Below the pieces are notes generated by a model. It made no database searches. It saw nothing but the letters and a program-made list of their open reading frames with translations, and had not been told where the DNA came from. The position numbers and the translations under genes are program-made. DNA of 57,768 nucleotides, from assembly GCA_938091905.1 (NCBI GenBank), contig CALKOM010000077.1, forward strand, positions 1-57,768. Direction: 5' to 3'. Positions within the stretch are counted from its first letter, which is position 1. Every line of letters begins with the position of its first letter. Below are positions 48,733 through 57,768 of the stretch, in pieces. The DNA comes from an uncultured Verrucomicrobiales bacterium. Its GTDB lineage: Bacteria > Verrucomicrobiota > Verrucomicrobiia > Verrucomicrobiales > DEV007.

Positions 48733-49784
48733 GCACTCGGCCCACATTTCTCCAGAGGTTGGATGAGCGTGTGGAAGAGCGGACGCTGGCGATCATACAC
48801 GTTCTTTCCGATCAGCGCCGACTTCTCGTACCCTTCATTGAACATCTCCAACTTCGCATCAATGTTGTCAACGAAGTGTAAGAGCATTGCTTCCGGGGTT
48901 TTAGGCACAATCGGCGATCCAAACTCCAGTGTCCCATGATGCGAAGCAACTAGGTGAAGCAGGTGACTTCGAACATCTTCAGTGCTTGGAGTCAGACTCT
49001 CCCATTCTTCTGCGATAGACTCATCACTAGCAAGCTCACGCCAAAGCTTGTTGATAAGCTCGATCCCCAGGGGTATGTGACCAAGCAACTCACCCATCTC
49101 GTTGTATGGCATGGTAAATCCGTTCTTGAGATAACTATTCTCCCACAGTTTTCCACAGTCATGAAAGAGCACGCCTGTGATCACCAGATCGGCATTTAAC
49201 CTCGGATAGACTAACAACAAGGAAGTCGCTGCCCGCATCATTTGCGCCACATGCTCGACGAGCCCACCGCGACGCGCATGGTGGTAAGTCCGAGCAGCCG
49301 CTGTTCGAAGGAAACGCTCTCCATAGGTCTCCAGAAAATGCCGACTGACCAAACGCAGCCGTGGGTCTGCCAGAGCGCTCACTGAACGCTGAATGTATTC
49401 GTAGTCCTGCGACTGCTTAGCCCGTAGCGACTCAGGACCGCGCAGCATTTCTTCCTGCTCATCCGCAGTAAGATCTCGGAAGTCCCAGCTCTTTGGCTCG
49501 ATTCCGAACGGCCCCTTGTCCACCCATTGCCCTGAGATCAAGAGAAACTGCTGAGCATTCAGGCTCTCTGATTTGGAGAACATCGGATGATCAGACCAAA
49601 CGCGTAATGTGAGACTTCCTTCTGCGTCAGCACACACCAGCTCGCGGTAGGCTTTGCCGTTGCGTGTTTCCTTGAGAGATGTCTGGGCTAACTGGACTTG
49701 AAGGTCAGCTTGAACCGGAGATTCCCCGGCTCTGCCTTTGAGCTCTTTGATCGATATCGGCTCCATCTCATCTGGCCGGCTCAC
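48567..49784 (-). CDS. yhaM: 3'-5' exoribonuclease YhaM/Cbf family (OB fold + HD domain)
   Basis: TRNGKAY, AA..YHHA..GGLVEH, LFHDCGK, GELLGHI, SHHG.LEFGSP..P.TPEA and DNIDAK. Confidence 0.82.
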   Translation of the reverse strand: MSRPDEMEPISIKELKGRAGESPVQADLQVQLAQTSLKETRNGKAYRELVCADAEGSLTLRVWSDHPMFSKSESLNAQQFLLISGQWVDKGPFGIEPKSWDFRDLTADEQEEMLRGPESLRAKQSQDYEYIQRSVSALADPRLRLVSRHFLETYGERFLRTAAARTYHHARRGGLVEHVAQMMRAATSLLLVYPRLNADLVITGVLFHDCGKLWENSYLKNGFTMPYNEMGELLGHIPLGIELINKLWRELASDESIAEEWESLTPSTEDVRSHLLHLVASHHGTLEFGSPIVPKTPEAMLLHFVDNIDAKLEMFNEGYEKSALIGKNVYDRQRPLFHTLIQPLEKCGPSAQSDKVAAASVTEPATSSASPDTAGTTFAAKNALLDGNQGASTNEGSIVGGKEEL

Positions 49785-50668
49785 TCAGGCTTGTTAGAAT
49801 CCAACGGAGGAAGTGGTTTAGTAAACCGCGCTGCCTCGCTCGGCACTTTGCCAAACACTTTAACAAACACAGCTGCCAAGCCGTGAGCTTCTTCCAGACG
49901 TTGACGATCCTTGTGAATCTTCTGCTCGGCGGCATACAGCTTGAGCGCAGTTTCCATCGCCATCTTCGACAGACCACGATCCGTTCCAAAATCAAGCGTG
50001 AAGACGCGATGATAATCCGTCAGAGCTTTGCCTGGATTCCCCTTTTTCTCCTGGGCAACACCGCTGAGATAAAATGCTTGGGCAAGTTGTTCGGGCACCA
50101 TTTCCATCTCACGAAAGTCGCTCACAAGGCGCTCTAACTGATCCACCTCTGCAGGTGTATTCAATTTGGAAAGAGCTCCCCACCCCACGAACAATTCGAC
50201 TTGGTTGTGGTACTTCTTGCTCAAACCGATTTTCTTGAGCAATGGACGTTTCTTGGCAAGCTCCGTGTAGTTTCCTAAATTTCTTAGACAGGCGAGCTGT
50301 TGGAGGCGCGCAAGGGAGCCGTAGTTATCCTCGATTGCTTCGACTTCACGATAGTCCGCTGCAATCTTGCCGTAGGCTTTCGCGGCAACACTATACTTAC
50401 CACCAAGACGCCTTTCCTCAGCTTCTGCCCAACCATCTGGAGCTTTGAACGTCAATCGTTCAACAAGCTTTCGAGGATAGGCCCGGGCATTCTTTCCGGT
50501 GGGACTAGCAGAGAAATAGATCTTCGCTGAATCCGCTTTAGTGACAAATCCAGTCTCAGCGACATTCTGTCCCTTGATAACAATCTCAGCCGGAGCAGGC
50601 TTGGCAACCAGAGAGACACAGAGGGCAAGCCCTGACGCACCAAAAACAAGTAAGGATCTCAATTTCAT
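49781..50668 (-). CDS. secreted TPR-like protein
   Basis: Signal peptide; helical repeats such as AQAFYLSGVAQEKKG..ALTDY.RV; 4-bp overlap with yhaM. Confidence 0.78.
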   Translation of the reverse strand: MKLRSLLVFGASGLALCVSLVAKPAPAEIVIKGQNVAETGFVTKADSAKIYFSASPTGKNARAYPRKLVERLTFKAPDGWAEAEERRLGGKYSVAAKAYGKIAADYREVEAIEDNYGSLARLQQLACLRNLGNYTELAKKRPLLKKIGLSKKYHNQVELFVGWGALSKLNTPAEVDQLERLVSDFREMEMVPEQLAQAFYLSGVAQEKKGNPGKALTDYHRVFTLDFGTDRGLSKMAMETALKLYAAEQKIHKDRQRLEEAHGLAAVFVKVFGKVPSEAARFTKPLPPLDSNKPE

Positions 50669-50693
50669 ATCAGTGATAGTTTAGCACGGCCTC

Positions 50694-53657
50694 CTATTTC
50701 TTAGTCTTCGCAGGCTGAATGGATCCGAAACTGTCTTTCACCTGGAGAAGCTCTTCCTTCCATTTGCCGCCGGCTTTGAGCTGCTCGATGTAATCCTGGC
50801 GCAACGCATCCATTGCACGAACTTTCGGATGGTCATTCGACTTCATCCGAAAATGGAACGTGTTGAGGAATTGGAACGCCTTCACTTGGTCTCCTCGGGC
50901 CCAGACAATCTTGGCAATACGCATCACTGCCTCCGCAGACAAATCCAAATAACCTGCGTATAGAACGGTGAGCTGTGAGTAGGAAACCAAGGCCTCGTCA
51001 TTCTTACCAATTTTCTCATAGCTCTCCCCTAATTTGAAGAGCGCCTCCGGTCGGCCTTCACGATAACTCTTGTTCTCCATGTAAGCACGCCACTCCTTGT
51101 TTGCTTCCGACCACTTTTGACTCTTATGATAGAGGCGCGCCAGATTCAGCGTCGCTGGCCCAACAATGTCCGGATTATCGTTCATGTTCGTCCGAATTCG
51201 GTTAAGATCGCCGATCGCCTTAGATTGCACCGCCGCATCATTCGATTTCGCCCGAATCATCGAGAGCTGGAGTTGCGCCATCATGGCCATCTCAGGGTCC
51301 TTACTTTGCGCCACCTGCTCGAACCAAGGTTCTGCCTTAAAAGGATTGGCTTCCGCAATCTTGGTGCCTAACTGAAACAAAATAAAGTCACCGAGCTCAT
51401 CTTTGGTAAAGTCAGACTCAAGACTCTCATAGTAAATCTTGGCCCGAGCTTTCATCTTCGGATCTTCCGTCAAGCGATCCTCAATGATGCCAATCTTCGT
51501 AATTAGCAACCAGGCCTGAAGGGTCTTGAGACCAAATTTGTTCGGAAAGTTGTCGAGAATATCGATGACCTCAGCTGCCGTGTCTTTCTCCTTAAGTAGA
51601 AAGTTAGAGTATGCGTTGAGTGCGGCTTCAATACCGTCGGAATCATCCTGCTTCCCGAGGCGGAAAATAATTTCTTCAATGAGCTTGAGAGCTTCGTCTA
51701 TTCTTTCCGGCACTGCTTCCTTGATTGAAGGCAACACACCCACAGCAGCATTGGGAGCGTAGTAGGTCTCGGGATATTTCTTGAAAAAATCATCGTAGTA
51801 AGCCACGGCCTCTTTGTGCTTCTCTTGGGCTGACGCGACGGTCACCAACTGCATCAGTGCCGACGCTGCGGTTCCAAAGTGGTCCTCCTCTTCAGCAATA
51901 GCCACAGACGTCAGATAGCTTTTCTCTGCTCCCGCAAAGTTGGCATCGTTCTGCTCCACGTCCCCGCGAAGGCTATACGCGCGATCCAACACCCCTGACT
52001 GCGGGAAGCCTTTGATCACCTTATCTGCAAACTCTAGCGCTTTCGCGTTCCCGCCATTCTGTGGCGTCGATAGAGCAAAGTGGCAGGTTCCCCGATCCAG
52101 GTAAGCGACGTCTAGTAGACCTGAATCCTCGGGTTCATACTTCTTCAACCACCCATCTAAAAGCCCAGCGGCCTTCTGCCACTCGTAGAGCTTGATGCAA
52201 TTGCTCCCTTGATAGTAAGACGTATTTTCAATGTAAGGGCTCTCGGGATAGTTCTTCACATGACTATCCAGCTCAGGCTGGGCTTCTTGATATCGACCGA
52301 GATAATAAAGGGACCCACTATAAACGAAGTCAGGAAGATCTCGCTCTGAAGAGCCCACCGCTAGCGAGGGACGTAGTTCGCCAGCAATATCCAAACAGCG
52401 CTCATACTCCCCATTGTAGAAGAGCGAACTGAGTAACATCGAGGAAACATTAGGAGCCAACTCGTGGTCGGGATACTCCTCGAGAAACTTTAATCCATGT
52501 TGCTGAGCATCGACCATCTCTCCAATGTCAGAGGCCGACTTCGTCGCTAAGTAGAGAATGGTAGGCCGGTAGGAAGACTTCTCATAATGGGTACCCATGT
52601 AGTCAAAGATAGCGAACTGAGCTCGTGTATCGCCCACCTGCTCATACAGCTTAGAAAGGCCAAAGTACGTCGCTATCTCAAGAGGTTCCCCGCTCGCATC
52701 CTTTGCTTTGAACGTTTCCAAGGCCTTCTTCGAGGCTGGATGCATCGTCTTGGGGTCAGCAATCGCTCCTGCTCGCAGGACGTCTGCAGTCTTGGGAACC
52801 AGTCCATACAGACGCCATCCTAAGCCTAACAAGTCTCGCTCAACTGCTGTTTGTGCAAGCTTAAGCACACGACTAGAATAATAGGCATGGAGAAGTGTAT
52901 CTGAGATCAAGTATGGGGAATACTTGTCGGTAAACGGACTGGCACCCGCCGCCTCCTTTTCATCCTCGGCTCTAACATAACTTTCGAGCACGGCGAGGAA
53001 TCCTCCCCACAGTTGCCCTTTCCCTATGCGGCTACGAGGAGCCAATTTAAACGCTTCGGCCACATGCTCTTCGGCCTTCTCACGCTTGTCCAATTTGGAA
53101 TAACAGGTTCCTAAATTCAGATGATAAACGGCAGGGTTAAAGTGATCCTTCGCCGGTGTGGGATTCAACTTCATGAACTGAAGATAGCGCTTGATCGCCT
53201 CGTCCCAATTTTCCTGATACTGTTCAGCCGCAGCCCACTGAAAGACAGCCGTCTTGCGGTAAACATTGCTACTGGAGACGGCTTCGCCAACCTCCGTCTT
53301 GTTATCATAGTCCTCGTAGCATGTTCGAAAGGAAACGATGGCATCCGTAAAACGCTTCAGCTTCATTTCACAGTAACCGCGGTTGTAGTAAACTGTACCA
53401 AAGGCTGGCATCTTTCGGTAGTAGGAATCATTCCCCCACTCAGCCACAATCTGCTGGAAAAGCGCATGAGCTTTTTCCCATTGGCCTTTTTTCATCATGC
53501 CAACCGCCAAAAGGGTCGCCTTCTCGGCACCGGCATCTGTTGCATTCAAACCTTTCTGAGCGTGCAGGGGCAAGACAGTGAGTAGCGCTGCAGCCAACGT
53601 TGCTAGGACGAGGGGAAGTCCACTCGAGTCTGAGTTTAAAGAGAGAAAAGATCTCAT
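50694..53657 (-). CDS. large secreted tetratricopeptide repeat protein
   Basis: Signal peptide; many TPR units (YYNRGYCE, YHLNLGTCY, EALFKLGESYE, ..YP.S/H turns). Confidence 0.88.
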   Translation of the reverse strand: MRSFLSLNSDSSGLPLVLATLAAALLTVLPLHAQKGLNATDAGAEKATLLAVGMMKKGQWEKAHALFQQIVAEWGNDSYYRKMPAFGTVYYNRGYCEMKLKRFTDAIVSFRTCYEDYDNKTEVGEAVSSSNVYRKTAVFQWAAAEQYQENWDEAIKRYLQFMKLNPTPAKDHFNPAVYHLNLGTCYSKLDKREKAEEHVAEAFKLAPRSRIGKGQLWGGFLAVLESYVRAEDEKEAAGASPFTDKYSPYLISDTLLHAYYSSRVLKLAQTAVERDLLGLGWRLYGLVPKTADVLRAGAIADPKTMHPASKKALETFKAKDASGEPLEIATYFGLSKLYEQVGDTRAQFAIFDYMGTHYEKSSYRPTILYLATKSASDIGEMVDAQQHGLKFLEEYPDHELAPNVSSMLLSSLFYNGEYERCLDIAGELRPSLAVGSSERDLPDFVYSGSLYYLGRYQEAQPELDSHVKNYPESPYIENTSYYQGSNCIKLYEWQKAAGLLDGWLKKYEPEDSGLLDVAYLDRGTCHFALSTPQNGGNAKALEFADKVIKGFPQSGVLDRAYSLRGDVEQNDANFAGAEKSYLTSVAIAEEEDHFGTAASALMQLVTVASAQEKHKEAVAYYDDFFKKYPETYYAPNAAVGVLPSIKEAVPERIDEALKLIEEIIFRLGKQDDSDGIEAALNAYSNFLLKEKDTAAEVIDILDNFPNKFGLKTLQAWLLITKIGIIEDRLTEDPKMKARAKIYYESLESDFTKDELGDFILFQLGTKIAEANPFKAEPWFEQVAQSKDPEMAMMAQLQLSMIRAKSNDAAVQSKAIGDLNRIRTNMNDNPDIVGPATLNLARLYHKSQKWSEANKEWRAYMENKSYREGRPEALFKLGESYEKIGKNDEALVSYSQLTVLYAGYLDLSAEAVMRIAKIVWARGDQVKAFQFLNTFHFRMKSNDHPKVRAMDALRQDYIEQLKAGGKWKEELLQVKDSFGSIQPAKTKK

Positions 53658-53756
53658 ATGGTCAATCAGTTAGGTGTTTCTGAAAGGCTAAGCCTGGAAA
53701 TGCACGATGGCCAACTTCCAGACGCCAGAAGTCGCCGGCCGGAGCTACCCGCACCT

Positions 53757-54227
53757 TTAGTTGTTCTCACGGAATCCAGTGATCGTCACGTTGGTTATCT
53801 TGACGATACTCAGGGTATTCACGATGTCGATAAACCGTTGTTGCTTCGCGCCGTCATCCGCCCGCACGACGACAAACGGCGTAGATCCTGAGGTGTCAGC
53901 GACAGACTTATACTCTTTCAGTTTCTTAAGAAGGCGAGGACACTTGCGCGAGTTGACATCTGACTCCAATTCTTCCTCTCCTCCACCAACACCTGCAAGA
54001 ATCACACCGTCCTCACGAAGATAGATGCTAAGCGGATCGACCGGAGGCGTGTCCACCTGATCGGTCTGGGTCGAGGGAAAGGTAAGATCAAGATCCCCTT
54101 CTTTCGGTTGCATTGTCGACGTGACCAAGAAGTAGATGAGCAAGAGAAAGCTAACATCAATGAGCGGCGCAATGTCCAACTCAGGATCTTCCTGGGTTTC
54201 AAGATGGAGGTAGGAACGTCTCGCCAT
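53757..54227 (-). CDS. exbD: ExbD/TolR family protein
   Basis: LDIAPLIDVSFLLLIYFLV; VVVRAD. Confidence 0.88.
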   Translation of the reverse strand: MARRSYLHLETQEDPELDIAPLIDVSFLLLIYFLVTSTMQPKEGDLDLTFPSTQTDQVDTPPVDPLSIYLREDGVILAGVGGGEEELESDVNSRKCPRLLKKLKEYKSVADTSGSTPFVVVRADDGAKQQRFIDIVNTLSIVKITNVTITGFRENN

Positions 54228-54231
54228 GATG

Positions 54232-54687
54232 CTAGTCGTTATATTTATTTACTCGGTAAGTCGCAAAAACCACGTCGATGACCCCTGCATTCGCCCCGGC
54301 CGTGACCACCTTCTTAACCTCACGCATGTCAGTGCGGCGGTCAGCTCGAATGTGAAGTTTCGTTTTGACTCCGGCTCTCTCATTAACCTCTTTTCGTGTG
54401 CGGCAAAGATTCTCCACATCCGTAAGATTGATGACCTTGCCGTTAATGTCCTTGATCGTTCCATTATCTAACAAATTAATTACGACTCGCCCGCGAGCTT
54501 CTGCCAGTGGCTTCGACTCCAAAGCGACCGATGGCTCAACACTCTTGTCTTGCCGAATCACTATCAACCTGGAGGTGACCATGAAGAAGATCAGCAAGAG
54601 AAAGACCATGTCGATCATAGGCGACATGTCCGTCTTGAAGGGTTCAGACTCCCCTCCTGCGAGCGCTCGTAGACGTTTCGAGGCCAT
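54232..54687 (-). CDS. exbD: ExbD/TolR family protein
   Basis: DMSPMIDMVFLLLIFFMV; HIRAD. Confidence 0.88.
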   Translation of the reverse strand: MASKRLRALAGGESEPFKTDMSPMIDMVFLLLIFFMVTSRLIVIRQDKSVEPSVALESKPLAEARGRVVINLLDNGTIKDINGKVINLTDVENLCRTRKEVNERAGVKTKLHIRADRRTDMREVKKVVTAGANAGVIDVVFATYRVNKYND

Positions 54688-54705
54688 GATTATCGGACGC
54701 TCAGA

Positions 54706-55509
54706 CTAGGAAGAAAGCCCTTCTGGCACTTTTGCCAGTTGCTGATCGGCATTCAAGGTATTCAAGCTAGCGTCTATCATATCACTAGCAGCCTCATGAG
54801 AATCAGCCACCAACCGGTTAAGTCGATTGCGAAGAATGAAGAAGAACACAATGGCAGGAACAGCAATGATCAGACCTGACAATGTGGTGATCAAAGCCTC
54901 GGAAATGTTCTCGGCAAGAACGGAAGCATCAGGCGACTCCAAGTCACGCAATTTCCCAAAAGCACCGATCATCCCTGAAACCGTTCCCATCAGTCCAAGC
55001 ATCGGAGCAATTTGTGCGATCACCCCCAGATAACCAATCATGGTCATGTAGGAGCGATTCTCGCGAGCGGTGAAGTCCGCCATGGCGTCCTCCACATGTT
55101 CACGCCCTAGAGTCTCAGGCTCAGTAGCGTCGATCTTAGGCAAAGCCGTTGCCAACATTCTTCCCAGGAAAGAAGGGCTGGTGGAAGCAACTTCGATCGC
55201 ACTACGAACCTTGCAGCTTGCCATGTACTCATGCATCTGCGAGCGCAAATCCTCAGGGACAAACTTTGAGCGTCCGAGTTGAATGAAATTGTAGATAACG
55301 AGTGCCACCATCGCAAGCGAACAGGCACCCAATATATACATAAAATTCCCACCTTCCTTGATCGTGTCAAAGACGGTCCTCTTCACCTCGGGAGCCACTT
55401 CGGCTTCTTGGGCGAGGAGTTCTGGAGCCAAGGCTACTCCGGCAAGCAGAGCGACACCTAGGACTAAGAAGGGTTGGCTGGAACGGCGAATCAAGCGCAT
55501 TCGAGGCAT
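54706..55509 (-). CDS. exbB: MotA/TolQ/ExbB proton channel family protein
   Basis: IAPMLGLMGTVSGMIGAF and ISEALITT..GLIIAVPA. Start probably ATG 55509 or 55500. Confidence 0.88.
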   Translation of the reverse strand: MPRMRLIRRSSQPFLVLGVALLAGVALAPELLAQEAEVAPEVKRTVFDTIKEGGNFMYILGACSLAMVALVIYNFIQLGRSKFVPEDLRSQMHEYMASCKVRSAIEVASTSPSFLGRMLATALPKIDATEPETLGREHVEDAMADFTARENRSYMTMIGYLGVIAQIAPMLGLMGTVSGMIGAFGKLRDLESPDASVLAENISEALITTLSGLIIAVPAIVFFFILRNRLNRLVADSHEAASDMIDASLNTLNADQQLAKVPEGLSS

Positions 55510-55677
55510 GGTGCTGAGGAGACTGGGTTGATGGTTGGGTGTGTTGGCTTTGCCTATTAAAAACGACAAGCATTTCTGGTCTAAATGAGAATTCCTAAGC
55601 GGTAAAGGGGCATTGTAAGAAATCCCCGCGAGTTTCTCATGCGCTGCACTCAACCGAGGGACTATCAGCGGGCCACT

Positions 55678-56877
55678 TTATTTCGCTAAAACTTTCTTTA
55701 TTGAAGAAGTCACCGCTGGAGACACTTCATCAGCCACCCGCTGGCTCCCCGCTTGGTTCAGCATTGTCTCATCCACAAAATTGGCCACGGTCTTTGGCAA
55801 GACATGATTCTGATTAAGATTCACGAAGGAAAGACCTTCTTTCGCAGCCCAATCGTCCGCTGCTTCATAGAAACGGTTCAACTCTCGTTCAACCCAAGCA
55901 GGATCAGGGCGCATCCCAACGCCGTTGGGATCTTCGATCGTTGGACGCTTGATCCAACGTGGGCGATTGAGCCGATCAATCCCGTCAAAACTGAGGTCGG
56001 CATCATGAAGGGTCGGCTCTCCAACGACGATAAACTCGGCCCCAAGTCGCATGGCCAGTGCCTTCAGCGCGCGAATCCCATCTAGATATTCGAGCTTTGG
56101 GTCGTGTTCTGGAGCCCACCTTGGAGGCTGCGCATCAAATGGCAGACTCCGAAAAACCCGTTGCTTCTGGCCCAAGCTCATCAGAAAAAAGTCCTGTTTT
56201 TCCCATTGAGCTTTCCTTTCTGCGAGCGCTTTCGAGCCCGCCTTGCGCGAGAGTCGCACTCGCCTCGCAAGCTGAGAAACCCGCACGATCTTGTCCTTGA
56301 TCGAGCTCGGCCGAGCCAATGCGGGCAACGTTTGCATCGTGGTCGGATTGTAGCGGAAGGCTTCCGGAACATCTAAGACCTCCGATATTCCAAAGGAAAC
56401 CACCATGATATCGGGCTCCAGTTCGGGCGCATAGGTCTTGGCCCAACTCAAAGCCCGCTTCAATGAAGTTCCTCTTGCGTTGCTTGTATTGCTAGCCTTG
56501 ACCGACACATCGAGGCCCACATGAGGAAACTGGCGTTCGATTTCGGTCGCCACACGTCCCCAAACCGTGTCACCCACACTCTGCAAAGGCTGCGCCGTGC
56601 CTTCACCGCCAAGGATAAGCATCTTCACTCTCTCGGAACGGTCTTCCGCCGATGGCCTAGTCCGAACTTCTCGTGAATCGATCTCGTATCGCGAAGACTC
56701 CTCAAGCCCGTAGGGGGTCATCGCATTCTTGAAGGTGAACTCATAGTCCGCGTGCGGAGCCACCGGGGCAAAGAGCCAGAGAGCGACCTCAACGATGCCT
56801 ATGATAAGCAGGACGAACACCCCCAGAAGCGCGCCCTTTCGCAAGAGTGCTTGCAAGATCGTGGAGAGAAGGGCCAT
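55678..56877 (-). CDS. membrane-anchored SGNH-like hydrolase with degenerate catalytic motifs
   Basis: N-terminal TM with EVALW; ILGGEGT in place of GxS(T); PDIMVVSFGISE; FVDETMLN.AG in place of DxxH. Confidence 0.65.
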   Translation of the reverse strand: MALLSTILQALLRKGALLGVFVLLIIGIVEVALWLFAPVAPHADYEFTFKNAMTPYGLEESSRYEIDSREVRTRPSAEDRSERVKMLILGGEGTAQPLQSVGDTVWGRVATEIERQFPHVGLDVSVKASNTSNARGTSLKRALSWAKTYAPELEPDIMVVSFGISEVLDVPEAFRYNPTTMQTLPALARPSSIKDKIVRVSQLARRVRLSRKAGSKALAERKAQWEKQDFFLMSLGQKQRVFRSLPFDAQPPRWAPEHDPKLEYLDGIRALKALAMRLGAEFIVVGEPTLHDADLSFDGIDRLNRPRWIKRPTIEDPNGVGMRPDPAWVERELNRFYEAADDWAAKEGLSFVNLNQNHVLPKTVANFVDETMLNQAGSQRVADEVSPAVTSSIKKVLAK

Positions 56878-56942
56878 GTGCAGAAGACAAAGCAATTGTC
56901 AGGACAAGACAAGGAATTTTCTCCGCCCCCCGGCCAAAGGTC

Positions 56943-57278
56943 TCAATCTTCTGACCCGAACCGATAACGCCGCCGCATCACCTTCTTCTCTCTCAAATCC
57001 GTGCGTCCTCCTCGCCGCGTCCGATACTCATTGAAGACTTGATCCGCACCATGGATCTTCGCCTCGTAGATGAGTTCCATCATTTGCCCCAATTTCCCTT
57101 GGGGAAAACCACGCTGCTTGAACCAGCCAAGGTACTCGGTCGAAAGGTCATACAAAGGCACTCCCCGTGGCGGGTAATGCGCGGGGCCATACCTCCCAAA
57201 CGGCATGTGCCAATTCACGGCCTCGCCTAGCAAATGCTTAAATGCCTCAACGTCGCCTTCAGGAATGTCGCTCGCCAT
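56943..57278 (-). CDS. DUF3820 family protein
   Basis: MPFGRYG..L.DL..EYL.WF...GFP.GKLG. Confidence 0.85.
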   Translation of the reverse strand: MASDIPEGDVEAFKHLLGEAVNWHMPFGRYGPAHYPPRGVPLYDLSTEYLGWFKQRGFPQGKLGQMMELIYEAKIHGADQVFNEYRTRRGGRTDLREKKVMRRRYRFGSED

Positions 57279-57290
57279 TGAAGAAGGAAT

Positions 57291-57512
57291 CTAGCGACAT
57301 TTTGCCAAGGCAACAATCCCCAAACCAATCATCGCCACTCCGACCAGCGAGAACGCTAATACGATTAGATTGAGCGAGGATGGGGTGACGGCCGTCCCGT
57401 AGAGGGTTAAACTGACGTCCTTAGCTGCCGCATTTGCAGTGGCCCTGCCTTTGCCCACCCAGGCACCCACGACGATAAAGACCCCTAGGATAATTCGAAC
57501 CACCGCACCCAT
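57291..57512 (-). CDS. small two-helix membrane protein
   Basis: 73-aa ORF with two hydrophobic segments, co-oriented with and 12 bp from the next gene. Confidence 0.6.
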   Translation of the reverse strand: MGAVVRIILGVFIVVGAWVGKGRATANAAAKDVSLTLYGTAVTPSSLNLIVLAFSLVGVAMIGLGIVALAKCR

Positions 57513-57647
57513 GAACAGAAGCCTTCCGAGAATACCACAATCGTCAATTCAGAATAGCACCCTGCCCCTGATCACAAATTCCCTATTCGTGGTGTTGCGC
57601 ACGAAATGGCGCTCGCCATGTTTGCTGACAATTTCTAGACTACCCTG

Positions 57648-57768
57648 ATGTTCCGCACCCTCCTCTTCTCTCTCCATGCCATCCTCCTTTTCCAAGTGAC
57701 CGGCGAAGTTGTCCCATCAGCTTGGCCACAGAAGGCGAGCGATATTCCTCCCGACGCAAGACTACACT
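57648..57768 (+). CDS. N-terminus of a secreted protein, probably an M16 (PqqL-like) zinc peptidase; runs off the window
   Basis: MFRTLLFSLHAILLFQVTGEVVPSAWPQKASDIPPDARLH; the WPQ..SD..PD motif precedes the M16 domain in such proteins. Confidence 0.55.
   Translation, partial: MFRTLLFSLHAILLFQVTGEVVPSAWPQKASDIPPDARLH

Noticed and set aside
1..57768. Numerous short antisense/alternate-frame ORFs; tRNA/rRNA genes
   Set aside because: The short ORFs overlap well-supported genes and lack motifs. No cloverleaf or rRNA-like sequence was recognised by eye; tRNAscan/Infernal would be needed to exclude selC or small RNAs.

Overview
Bacterial window, most likely PVC superphylum (Verrucomicrobiota-like). 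This is inferred from a PEP-CTERM protein, large LamG and PKD secreted proteins, DUF1501/1549/1552/1553/1592 modules, sulfatases and an ExbB-ExbD-ExbD-TPR cluster. The left part (1-34.9 kb) runs from an IS630 element to an ISH6-like element. It is an accessory mosaic of polysaccharide-degradation and Planctomycete-type genes, with REP-like palindromes and many decayed genes: 14 premature stops (9 at apparent Trp positions) and 3 frameshifts. The right part (35-57.8 kb) looks intact. The best candidate for new biology is at 5913-7579. The two adjacent ORFs there read as one secreted protein with an in-frame Cys-UGA in a thioredoxin-like motif that aligns by eye with the SCUG site of animal selenoprotein N. 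The gene is bracketed exactly by a perfect 23-bp inverted GTAG-REP pair, but it also carries an N-terminal frameshift, so this copy may be decaying. No rRNA, tRNA or CRISPR array was recognised. All family assignments come from motif recognition, not database searches.
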